From a virus, in IMG/VR virus record IMGVR_UViG_3300029955_000024: a stretch of DNA of 64,000 nt, one strand, 5' to 3'. The notes beneath the pieces are model-generated. The model was not told the DNA's origin and did not search any database. It saw only the letters and a program-made list of their open reading frames with translations. Below are positions 8,825-17,322 of this stretch, piece by piece; position 1 is the stretch's first letter, and every line of letters begins with the position of its first letter. The position numbers were made by a program, and so were the translations under genes.

Positions 8825-8890
8825 TGCTTTCTCCGAAAGGACAAGATAAATTCCCTGTCTCTTTTTCAGCGCTTACAACTGAACTTAATA

Positions 8891-9151
8891 TTAGTTTTTT
8901 CTTTTATCTTTTGTTAATCTTCTAAAGTGTTGTGAAATAGTGGTTACAACTTCATCGATCACCACTATAACTAACACGATTAAGGCGAAGGGTATCGTTA
9001 TAACCCAACTTATATAGAAAGGGAGGAGTACTAACCACCAAGACCATGTAATTATATGACATAGTTTGAGTACAACAAAAACTATGCCTAATACCCCAAA
9101 TATTGGGTTTAGATTTACATGAACGGTTGAAACTCTCGATGCGTTAGGCAT
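8891..9151 (-). CDS. small membrane protein (86 aa, 2-3 TM)
   Basis: Strongly hydrophobic ORF. Confidence 0.4.
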   Translation of the reverse strand: MPNASRVSTVHVNLNPIFGVLGIVFVVLKLCHIITWSWWLVLLPFYISWVITIPFALIVLVIVVIDEVVTTISQHFRRLTKDKRKN

Positions 9152-9232
9152 TTCCTCCCCTTATACTACTTAGCTTTAGCAGGGTTCTGTTTAGTAGCGC
9201 ACCTATTGCTAAGTCCAAGTATTGGAACATAG

Positions 9233-9457
9233 TTAACGACTTGCTAAAGACTGTTCTCGTCTAATTTTCGCCCAAGCAACATATGCCGCCACGGCTTGTG
9301 TAGAAATACTAAATGCCTTACCAATATTTGTACAAGTATACCCCTTCTTGTGCAAATCTACCATCGTCTTCTTGTCTGTATTACTGATGGTCACTTTCTT
9401 GGTAGGCTTTTTGTTACCTAACTTCTTTGTGCTCATTATTTCCTCGTTACGCACCAT
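9233..9457 (-). CDS. small HTH DNA-binding protein
   Basis: 74 aa; 'GYTCTNIGKAFSISTQAVAAYVAWAKIRR' helix-turn-helix-like. Confidence 0.45.
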   Translation of the reverse strand: MVRNEEIMSTKKLGNKKPTKKVTISNTDKKTMVDLHKKGYTCTNIGKAFSISTQAVAAYVAWAKIRREQSLASR

Positions 9458-9918
9458 CCAAATGTATGCATGGTGTAAATACCACTCTTGTAAGAGAAGT
9501 TTATATCTTCTCCGAGATTGGTTAGTTCATAGCCACCGCATATGGCTAATCCTTTTACAACTAGATTTATCTCATCTCGCGAGAATTTCGGGTTGTAATA
9601 CCTATCGGAACCCATTGATGCCATAGTGCGGTCGGCAACTGTCATAAACAGCAGGGCTTCGTCAGATAATCTACGTCTATTAAATAGTAGTGTTAAATCC
9701 TCTACTATTTTCATACAAAAGTGACAGCAAAAGTCTAGATTAGCACCGTTAAACACTGTATCTGTTGTACGTATAAATTCGTTAAAACTTATCGGCTTGT
9801 CTGGTAGAACAGCGGAAAGATGATGAATATTTCTCTTCTTTTCCTCTAATCCACTCGATCTATTCTCGACGATGTGGACTCGTCCAAACAAGAGGGCGAC
9901 TTCGTCATAGTCGGACAT
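9436..9918 (-). CDS. hypothetical protein (start uncertain; overlaps upstream gene)
   Basis: 214-aa ORF 9436..10080 shares 235 nt with 9846..10625 in another frame. Internal ATG at 9918 chosen; a frameshift or fusion is possible. Confidence 0.3.
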   Translation of the reverse strand: MSDYDEVALLFGRVHIVENRSSGLEEKKRNIHHLSAVLPDKPISFNEFIRTTDTVFNGANLDFCCHFCMKIVEDLTLLFNRRRLSDEALLFMTVADRTMASMGSDRYYNPKFSRDEINLVVKGLAICGGYELTNLGEDINFSYKSGIYTMHTFGWCVTRK

Positions 9919-10625
9919 GTCGTCTGCTGCGAACCAGATATATTCACCTCTAGCAGACGATCGAAGAGCGGAGATATATCTAAGCCATCCAATTCTCGAA
10001 CGCCTTTTTCCGTCAGTATCGAGCTGCTCTCGTTGAGAACGCGTGCGCCGAAGACTACGTTCTCGAATATCGAGATCCATATCGCTCTTGCCTCCATTAA
10101 CTTTGGTTTAAGTTCTTTATGTAAAGACAAGAGTTTGTCTATTGAAACGTTCAGTTCTTTATCACCCTCTGGATGCTTCACCTTCTCGTTGTATTGATGA
10201 ACGTTAAGACCTAACAATGAGATTTCCTCACATAACTGATTATGTATGACATATCTCTTTTCTTTCTTGTCTTTGTTTGTTGTAAGTTTCTTACTCCCCG
10301 GGGTAACCAAGCGGAATTTCTTTCCCCGCTTCTCAATCTTGAACCCAGTTGGTATAGTTGGAATGAACCCTTCGTCAATACATATTCTCACGGCAGAGCG
10401 AATGGCACTAACACAAGCTTTGATAGTAGCCGCGCTCAAATGATTTGGGTCCCCAGTTCCTACTCTACAAGTGTTTGTGAATAAATCACAAGCCTTATCG
10501 AGCTCTGCTACGGAGAAATCAAAGCACTCTTTAGCATGGTTTTTAACCATATCAAGTTGAGCTTTGCTTTTTGGTTTCTTCCCAACTATATATTTATACA
10601 CATCAGCTAGTGTCTGCTCAGCCAT
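9846..10625 (-). CDS. hypothetical protein (259 aa)
   Basis: Clean ORF; no family recognised. Confidence 0.45.
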   Translation of the reverse strand: MAEQTLADVYKYIVGKKPKSKAQLDMVKNHAKECFDFSVAELDKACDLFTNTCRVGTGDPNHLSAATIKACVSAIRSAVRICIDEGFIPTIPTGFKIEKRGKKFRLVTPGSKKLTTNKDKKEKRYVIHNQLCEEISLLGLNVHQYNEKVKHPEGDKELNVSIDKLLSLHKELKPKLMEARAIWISIFENVVFGARVLNESSSILTEKGVRELDGLDISPLFDRLLEVNISGSQQTTCPTMTKSPSCLDESTSSRIDRVD

Positions 10626-10636
10626 ATGGACCTTCC

Positions 10637-12148
10637 TTACACGTCTTTTAGGACGGTGAATGAATCCTTTCGTTTCCTTCTATGACAATTTGTACACATT
10701 ATGAACTCTTTTGTATCATTTTTACAATTGTATTCTTCCCTGATAGTGGTTTTTACCATTCCATGAGGATAATTTATCTCATTACTGTTTTTATCCTTCA
10801 TCCTAACCCCAGTAGTGAACATCATAGTTCCTTTACATTTGGGGCACTTTGCTGCTATACGGATAACCTTGGATTGGTCGGAGAAGAATCCAGTTTTCAG
10901 AAGTCTATTGACATGTTTATACCAAACTTCACAGATTGCTTTCTTAATTGAATCTTTACCATAACTAGGGTTCTCTAGTTGATAGTCAAAAGCACGCTCC
11001 AACATTCTTTTATATTCATTACTGGGGGTGAATCCCCACTCGGTGAGATCGTCGCCAGTAACCAATGGTTTGGGGAATCCAAGAGTCTTAGCAGCAGTTA
11101 TATACCCTATGGTATTCTCCATATTTATAGAGATGATCTTAGCATTAACTAGAATCCATAGTAATTCTATAGCTCTGTTTATATTTGGCTTGTTGGCAAG
11201 CTTCCTTCTTTCACATAGTGAAGTAAGCCTATTAGACCTAAGATCAATTACTATTTGCACCATCTCTGAGATTGTATTTCTGTCTTCGTTAGAGAATTTG
11301 AGATATTTTAATACATCCCCAATATTCCAATATATACCAGTTGTATACAAAAGACAACACCATGCTAAGATTGGATCTTTAACTTGTCCAATCTTGTCGA
11401 AATTGACAGTTTGATCTACTATATTAAAAAGGGAATTTGGTTGTTGCTCATAGATTTTGGTGTATAAATTAGTTCTCTGAAGACAGAACAAAGCGTCACC
11501 GACGTGTTCCCCCGTTATGAGCTTTGTCATTTCGTCTCTAACACGTTCTCGCGAAACCCTAATCATCAAATTTGCATTATTACGAATTGCTCGTAATGTC
11601 TCAAATTCTATCTGAAACCCAAGTTGTGACACGAATCTAACAGCTCTTAACATTCGAAGAGGATCCTCTTGGAAACGAATGTTAGGGTCACCAATACAAC
11701 CAATCCTTCGTATTGATATATCATATTTACCACCAACATAATCAATAACTTCCATTGACTCTGGGTTCATCAATATCCCATTCATCCTAAAATCTCTACG
11801 ACCAGCGTCAATACATTCTTGATCAGTAAATATAACACTATCCGGTCTACGAAGGTCTGAATACTCAGTAGAATCACTTCTCAATGTAGCTACTTCTATG
11901 GAGTGATCTACACCATCTATATCAACAAGGACTTTTACAACTCCGAATTCTACTCCAATTGGAATATTGTGGGGAAATAGATCCATTACTTCATTGGGTT
12001 TAGCTGAAGTACATATATCAAAGTCTTTCGGTTCCTTGTTCATAAGAAGGTTTCTAACACACCTACCTACAAGGAAGACTTTGAAGTTATTTTGCTTTAA
12101 CGTCTTAGCTACTTTCCTAGCAGCTTCTAAACTACTTATCTCTGGCAT
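10637..12148 (-). CDS. cca: CCA-adding tRNA nucleotidyltransferase / poly(A) polymerase family, with C-terminal Zn-ribbon extension
   Basis: Head-domain motifs 'GRCVRNLLMNKEPKDFDI' (GGxVRDxLL..DxD), 'RRDFRMNGILMNP' (RRDFTIN), 'EDPLRMLRAVRF'. C-terminal CPKCKG...CTNCH. ATG at 12148 with AAGGA RBS; the track's 12163 start is TTG. Confidence 0.85.
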   Translation of the reverse strand: MPEISSLEAARKVAKTLKQNNFKVFLVGRCVRNLLMNKEPKDFDICTSAKPNEVMDLFPHNIPIGVEFGVVKVLVDIDGVDHSIEVATLRSDSTEYSDLRRPDSVIFTDQECIDAGRRDFRMNGILMNPESMEVIDYVGGKYDISIRRIGCIGDPNIRFQEDPLRMLRAVRFVSQLGFQIEFETLRAIRNNANLMIRVSRERVRDEMTKLITGEHVGDALFCLQRTNLYTKIYEQQPNSLFNIVDQTVNFDKIGQVKDPILAWCCLLYTTGIYWNIGDVLKYLKFSNEDRNTISEMVQIVIDLRSNRLTSLCERRKLANKPNINRAIELLWILVNAKIISINMENTIGYITAAKTLGFPKPLVTGDDLTEWGFTPSNEYKRMLERAFDYQLENPSYGKDSIKKAICEVWYKHVNRLLKTGFFSDQSKVIRIAAKCPKCKGTMMFTTGVRMKDKNSNEINYPHGMVKTTIREEYNCKNDTKEFIMCTNCHRRKRKDSFTVLKDV

Positions 12149-12273
12149 ATATTCCTTGTTCAATCTTATCCCAAGTACTCAGGACTAAAAGGGGGTAGTG
12201 TAAGTTATAAAGTAGTAAAGTACACTACCCTTCGTATTTGTCTACTTCTGACCACCAAACCATCATGGCTTGT

Positions 12274-13191
12274 CTACTTGTTTGGAATTCCAATCAGAAA
12301 GTTTCCACCCTTGTCACCACCGGATAGATACTCTGGCATACGACCATCCCAACGCCAAATAGCAGCATTCTGGTTATCCAGTGCTCTCATATTTAAGATG
12401 TTTGGTGTGATTGAAGCGTTCCTGATTCTATTGGCTTCCGCTTCACCAGTAGCCTTGGTAATCTGTGCCTTAGCTTCACCCTCAGACTGAGCAACTAGTT
12501 TAGCTGCATCAGCTTGCACCTGAATAAGCTCAATCTGCTTCTTCTGTGCAACTTGATTTGCCTGTGCCTTATTGTTGATAGCATCGATTACTGATTGAGG
12601 TGGCCTTGGTGCTCCGATGAACCCGAACTGAGTAAGCTCAGCTCCATACTCTAATACTTGGCTTTGAACGCATTTCTTGGTTTCTTCAATGAAAACTGCG
12701 TTATCACCCATAACTTGTTCGATGCCATACTTGCCGGCATGTTCATTGAAGCAGTCTCTTGCTATGTTTCTAAGGAACCCGTGAGTGAATTTCGTATCAA
12801 TTTCTTTTTCGTCGTGTGCCAAGAACTTTACATAGAAGTATGGAACTTTCTCTGCATGTAGGAAATAACTCAATGAGATATCAGCACCAATTACCATTGA
12901 ATCTTTGTTGGTAAAGGTGATACTCTCGTCGATTGGCTTGCCCTCGTTGGGGCTTGCAGTCCATTTCGCTGTCTGCATGGAGGTTGGGTATTCATACACA
13001 CTCTCGGTAATTGGGTTATAAAACACCCAGCCAGTACGAACAGGGGTATCCGTTACCCCTTTGCTTGAACCTGCCATGTTTACAACAATTCCGACATGTC
13101 CCGGTCCAACTGACGTCCAGCCACAACCGGTTAGGAGACAAGCGGATAAGATAGTAACAATCAAGCTAAGATTCGCTGTGTTTAGTTTCAT
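12274..13191 (-). CDS. SPFH/band-7 (stomatin/prohibitin-like, YqiK/QmcA-type) lipoprotein
   Basis: Signal + lipobox LLTGC. 'VGPGHVGIVVNMAGSSKGV', coiled-coil 'AQANQVAQKKQIELIQVQADAAKLVAQSEGEAKAQ' and 'AEANRIRNASITPNILNMRALDNQNAAIWRWDGRMPEYLSGG' match the SPFH C-terminal region. AAGGAG RBS before ATG 13191. Confidence 0.8.
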   Translation of the reverse strand: MKLNTANLSLIVTILSACLLTGCGWTSVGPGHVGIVVNMAGSSKGVTDTPVRTGWVFYNPITESVYEYPTSMQTAKWTASPNEGKPIDESITFTNKDSMVIGADISLSYFLHAEKVPYFYVKFLAHDEKEIDTKFTHGFLRNIARDCFNEHAGKYGIEQVMGDNAVFIEETKKCVQSQVLEYGAELTQFGFIGAPRPPQSVIDAINNKAQANQVAQKKQIELIQVQADAAKLVAQSEGEAKAQITKATGEAEANRIRNASITPNILNMRALDNQNAAIWRWDGRMPEYLSGGDKGGNFLIGIPNK

Positions 13192-13441
13192 TTTCGTTCT
13201 CCTTGTGATACTGAAGTTGTAGGTAATGATATGTTTCTCCAAACAATTTATAACTCCAAGAACTTGCGTACTTCCAACTGATGAACAAACTAATCAATAC
13301 AACAAACAGCCCAAAGAAAGCCAATAGAGTACTGGGAGCGGATAAGGCAACAAACCCCCAATTCATGACATATAACCCAGCGCATGTTACAACTACAATC
13401 TTGAGAGATTGTATAAGGAAGTGCCACCAGAATCTATTCAT
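13166..13441 (-). CDS. small 2-TM membrane protein, possible NfeD/YqiJ-like partner of the SPFH protein
   Basis: 91 aa, two hydrophobic helices, sits immediately upstream of the SPFH gene and overlaps it by 26 nt. Confidence 0.35.
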   Translation of the reverse strand: MNRFWWHFLIQSLKIVVVTCAGLYVMNWGFVALSAPSTLLAFFGLFVVLISLFISWKYASSWSYKLFGETYHYLQLQYHKENENETKHSES

Positions 13442-13525
13442 ACAATAATCTCCTTAGTTTCATCTAGCATCCCATTCGCTACAATGAATAGGTATTACTT
13501 TTATCTTATTTTCCCCGCCACGCTA

Positions 13526-14053
13526 TTAAAAGTCTTCGTCAACACAACGCACGGGAATGACTCTTACTCCTTCTCTTCTCCACATATCAACAACCCGTTT
13601 ACGATCCTCAATGGCGAACAGAATTTGATCTTTTCCTCTTGGTAATGAGTTAACTAACTCATTCAGAATTTCCTTTTTTACTACGTCGCCTGGTCTCTTA
13701 TCCCCTTCCCAACAGAAGAATATCCAAGAGAAAGGAATGTCATATTTTCTTAACCACTCTACGGACAGATCCCCTGTTGTGAAAGAAGGGCGGCCAGATA
13801 TGATGACGATACTACAATCTTGAGAGATTGTCCGTACCCAAGAAGCTATAATGTCCACTGGAAGGTCATTACACGCTTCTATGTGAAATTGTTTGAAGTT
13901 TTTAGGATGAGATTTAACGTAGTGTAGTCTATGACTACAGTCTGACAGTGTTCCGTCTAGATCAACAATCACTACTGGTTTTTCTCCCCATTCTATCTTG
14001 TTCTCCAGTAATAACACTCTGGACTTTTCAACACTGTTACGACATGGTTTCAT
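13526..14053 (-). CDS. HAD-family polynucleotide 3'-phosphatase, T4 Pnkp phosphatase-domain-like (no kinase domain)
   Basis: 'VVIVDLDGTL' DxDGT motif. C-terminal 'DVVKKEIL...FAIEDRKRVVDMWRREGVRVIPV' matches remembered T4 Pnkp 'DVVKEEIF...[22 protein letters not shown]'. No P-loop. Confidence 0.6.
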   Translation of the reverse strand: MKPCRNSVEKSRVLLLENKIEWGEKPVVIVDLDGTLSDCSHRLHYVKSHPKNFKQFHIEACNDLPVDIIASWVRTISQDCSIVIISGRPSFTTGDLSVEWLRKYDIPFSWIFFCWEGDKRPGDVVKKEILNELVNSLPRGKDQILFAIEDRKRVVDMWRREGVRVIPVRCVDEDF

Positions 14054-14242
14054 CCTTGCTTACAGCTTCCTCTTCATTCTTTCTGAACCAAGGTTATCAG
14101 GTTATTTGGTGACATCCTCAAACTCTTGACTCCCTACTCAAATGCCAGTTATTATAACCTGGCACAAAAGAATTACGCCAATGACAATACATGCCCATTT
14201 GACAATCTTTAGGACTCTTCTCATCTCTCCCTGCTTGGTTTA

Positions 14243-14554
14243 CTAGCTACCGTACGGTCTTAGATCTGTTTTGGGAGGTATTGGTGGCGTTAACTTTCTG
14301 CTCCAACTTATTTCGTCTTCTGCGTAGTTGATCAAATATGCCAGTCCAAACAAGGAAGCTACTAAAGCTAGCTTGTTTAGTTTGAGGATTAACAGCACGA
14401 TAGCAATTGGAAAGAATCCCCATTGCAGGGTATAACCCATCCAATTCTTCCGTCTTGGCATGCGAATCTCCTTACCTTCCATTACAATCCCAACCCGTGG
14501 GGATATGTGTGGGCGAATTGTTACCACAACAGCCTTTGTTTTAACTACTGCCAT
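14243..14554 (-). CDS. hypothetical membrane protein (103 aa)
   Basis: ORF with one central hydrophobic helix. Confidence 0.4.
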   Translation of the reverse strand: MAVVKTKAVVVTIRPHISPRVGIVMEGKEIRMPRRKNWMGYTLQWGFFPIAIVLLILKLNKLALVASLFGLAYLINYAEDEISWSRKLTPPIPPKTDLRPYGS

Positions 14555-14635
14555 ACCATTTACTCTTTCTGTGTTCGTACGACATTAACAGTGTTAACGT
14601 TTAGGGATTGTTGTCATTTAGGGTTGTTGTTTAGG

Positions 14636-14908
14636 TCATACCCCGGAGTACTTATCTTTCCAAGGCTTGTAGATTTGATACCAAAGTCTTAGGCCACCGT
14701 ATCCAAGAGGCAATAGAACTGCTCCAGTGGCTACGACAGCACTTGTTGATGCTACGAACCCAGCCATTTCTTTCTTCTCAGCAAATGTCATGGGTTCCCT
14801 GTGTTCAGGTTCTGGTATTGGTTTTCCCTTTGTTCTGAGAACTATTACAATACCAGAACCAAGAACAACTAAAAAGAGGATGTACATCAAAATGGATACA
14901 TCTCCCAT
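14636..14908 (-). CDS. small membrane protein
   Basis: Internal Met MGDVSILMYILFLVVLGSGIVIV chosen because the 5' part of the ORF overlaps 14911..15567. Confidence 0.4.
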   Translation of the reverse strand: MGDVSILMYILFLVVLGSGIVIVLRTKGKPIPEPEHREPMTFAEKKEMAGFVASTSAVVATGAVLLPLGYGGLRLWYQIYKPWKDKYSGV

Positions 14909-14910
14909 GG

Positions 14911-15567
14911 TTATTCCTCGGGTACCCCTTTTCCAACTTCTGATTCTTTTGGCTCTTCTGCCGTAACTTCTGCTACGTCCCCCTCTTTGGGCACCGGCCC
15001 GTCGCAACCTCCTGCCTCCCACGCCCCTCCAGCGGTCGAGCTGGGAGCGCCCGCAGCGTGCTCTTCCATGGTGGCGTTCAGCTCATCAGCGAAATCAATT
15101 GACTTCTGAAGTCTGATGAACAAGCGGAACAATGGATAAGACAGTTCGTTCTGGTGTTTGTCCAACCAACCTTCCAGAACTGCCCTGTTTATATCAACTT
15201 TGCTTTCCGCTTCTTCGAGGGTTGCAGGTTTTACCATGTCTTCAACTATCTTTTCCTTGAAGTCTTGACTTCTTTCGATGAGCTCTCCTAGCTCCGTTTC
15301 AGAGGGGTCTACCCCAAATAACTCGATCGAAAGAACCTTAACCAAATGTTCTGCCTCTTCTGGTTCAAGAGCAACCTGCAAAACCATTGGTTCAGTGTAC
15401 CCAGTGCTGTGATTTGGGACGAGACGCCAAGCTCTTAGGCAATAACCAATCGTCCCAAGCATCCTCTGGCTGAACTCGATCAGATCAATCTTATGGGTAG
15501 GCGTATCGAGTATACCTGCTAACTTCGTCTCGATCTCTTGTGTTGCACGGCTTCCACCTAAGCTCAC
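14911..15567 (-). CDS. hypothetical acidic protein (218 aa)
   Basis: ORF track. Confidence 0.45.
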   Translation of the reverse strand: MSLGGSRATQEIETKLAGILDTPTHKIDLIEFSQRMLGTIGYCLRAWRLVPNHSTGYTEPMVLQVALEPEEAEHLVKVLSIELFGVDPSETELGELIERSQDFKEKIVEDMVKPATLEEAESKVDINRAVLEGWLDKHQNELSYPLFRLFIRLQKSIDFADELNATMEEHAAGAPSSTAGGAWEAGGCDGPVPKEGDVAEVTAEEPKESEVGKGVPEE

Positions 15568-15734
15568 TTGTTCCTCCTTGATTTCCGGTTAAGTTAACTC
15601 TGAGAACTTCTCTCTCGATTGTGAGAGGGGTAGTCCGTTTCTCACATCGTTTACAGCGTCGGCACATTTCATACTAGCTGCAATAACGATTACTATCCAG
15701 AAAAATAAGCGGAGGACATTCAACAATACGCTCA

Positions 15735-16166
15735 TTATTCCTCCTGTTCTTCCTCTTCTACTTCGATTGCGTTGGCTACAGCAACGGTTGTTGGTCCAAC
15801 GTTGTTTTTGGCTATTGTTTCAGTCCGATGTACCGTTGCACTATACCCGGACTGACCTTCATAGACGTTCACGTATACCGTTTTTCTAACCCGTTTTGGT
15901 GCCATATACAACAATCCTGAGGTGCCAGAACTAATCCCATCCAAAGAGGAAGTTATTATTTTCCTTGATGCAGAGTGTAATTCCAACATAACTGGTCTAA
16001 CAGATAACAATACCCGAGTTAAGACATATACTGTAGTTCTGTCTTTCTCTAGGCAGACCGCATCAAGGCTTAGCACTCTCTTCAAATCAAACGGTTTCAG
16101 TGGCTTCTTCTCTCGTTCTTCCGCTGGCTTCTCGTCACCATTCTCCCCATTTGGGGTATCTGACAT
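15735..16166 (-). CDS. hypothetical protein, paralog A (shares C-terminal domain with next gene)
   Basis: C-terminus 'KTVYVNVYEGQSGYSATV...TTVAVANAIEVEEEEQEE' resembles C-terminus of 16173..16904. Confidence 0.45.
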   Translation of the reverse strand: MSDTPNGENGDEKPAEEREKKPLKPFDLKRVLSLDAVCLEKDRTTVYVLTRVLLSVRPVMLELHSASRKIITSSLDGISSGTSGLLYMAPKRVRKTVYVNVYEGQSGYSATVHRTETIAKNNVGPTTVAVANAIEVEEEEQEE

Positions 16167-16172
16167 GGTTCT

Positions 16173-16904
16173 TTACTCCTCTTCTTCTATTTCAATCTCC
16201 TGTGCTACTGCTACAGCAAGTTCCCCAGCGGTGTCGCTGGCCCTATTTGCTGTTAAATGAGAAACGAGCTTGTACCCGTTGTACCCAAAGGGATCTGGAT
16301 AGACATTCACATAAATCTTCTTCTTGATCTTCTTTTGAGCCATGCACAGGGAACCTTCACGCGTCATTCCTTTTGCATCTGAAGCTATGTGTGCACCACC
16401 CAAACGTGAGTGGTACTCCAAAACACATGAACAACTTCCAAGCAAGATACGAGTGAGGATAAATTCCACTCCTGTACATGGTAGAACCACTGAGTTACCG
16501 TTTACCACGTCTTCCAGACTAAACTGTTTCAGAGGTTTCTGTTCTGGCCGTGGAAACCGACTCCAATCAGCCGGGTGCAACGGGTTTGGCGTAGGCGTCG
16601 GTGGTGATTTCTCGAATGTCTTGTTTGGGGCGTCTGCCACGTCTTTCTCATCCTTTCCAAGGACAAACTCCATGCTTCTTCTCTCCTGTGCTTCATGTTC
16701 CATAGTTTTACATCCGTCCCGGATAGTTACGTTTACTAGGAAGCTTGTGCAGAGGGGTTTACACGACGGACATAGATAGATATTCGTGTCTGGGTTGTGT
16801 AAATGAAGCATAGCACGGTCGAGCTTACCTAAGCTCCATTCTTTCCTCTTAGTACTTGCTACGCTTCGGAGGCAACCTGAGCATTTTGATACTTTTCTAG
16901 GCAT
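16173..16904 (-). CDS. hypothetical protein, paralog B
   Basis: C-terminus 'KKIYVNVYPDPFGYNGYKLV...LAVAVAQEIEIEEEE'. Internal ATG 16904 avoids overlap with 16921..17307. Confidence 0.45.
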   Translation of the reverse strand: MPRKVSKCSGCLRSVASTKRKEWSLGKLDRAMLHLHNPDTNIYLCPSCKPLCTSFLVNVTIRDGCKTMEHEAQERRSMEFVLGKDEKDVADAPNKTFEKSPPTPTPNPLHPADWSRFPRPEQKPLKQFSLEDVVNGNSVVLPCTGVEFILTRILLGSCSCVLEYHSRLGGAHIASDAKGMTREGSLCMAQKKIKKKIYVNVYPDPFGYNGYKLVSHLTANRASDTAGELAVAVAQEIEIEEEE

Positions 16905-16920
16905 TGCCCTCACTTTCAGA

Positions 16921-17307
16921 TTAGCCTTTGAATGTTCCCCAAATCTTCTTATCTTGTGGAAGGTACAGTTCCCACTTCTCATCGAAGTAACAATTACTTG
17001 GTGCGTTCTCGAACATCTTTGCCATGTCTTGGTCACGTAGTCTTGCTCGTCCACAACCTATACGAGTTACTTGGAACTCTCTCTTTTGCTGGTTAATAGC
17101 AAAAGATATGAAGTTCTCTACGTAGACATTTATCTCTTTGAGTGTCAATGTCCTTAGGGACCCATCCTTCGTGGGAATAGCATAACTATTCCCGTGGAAA
17201 CCCATATGACCTTCCACTCCTAATATTGCTCCATATTCTCTTAGCGCTGTTAACGCCGCGCCGGCTCCGTGGCGACCCCCGAGGTTAGAACCGAAGACAA
17301 ATATCAC
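16921..17307 (-). CDS. hypothetical protein with Gly-rich Rossmann-like N-terminus
   Basis: 'IFVFGSNLGGRHGAGAALTA' resembles nucleotide-binding loops of SLOG/macro-type folds but the protein is only 128 aa. Confidence 0.4.
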   Translation of the reverse strand: MIFVFGSNLGGRHGAGAALTALREYGAILGVEGHMGFHGNSYAIPTKDGSLRTLTLKEINVYVENFISFAINQQKREFQVTRIGCGRARLRDQDMAKMFENAPSNCYFDEKWELYLPQDKKIWGTFKG

Positions 17308-17322
17308 TTTTGTTACTCTCTT

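Noticed and set aside
8535-8849. Plus-strand 104-aa ORF antisense to the Lys-rich gene
   Set aside because: Antisense shadow of a low-complexity AAR-codon gene; Ser/Gly/Thr/Phe repeats from the TTT/CTT complement.
16921-17307. Macro-domain or LOG-family assignment for the 128-aa Gly-rich protein
   Set aside because: The N-terminal loop resembles both, but the protein is too short and lacks the downstream motifs of either family.
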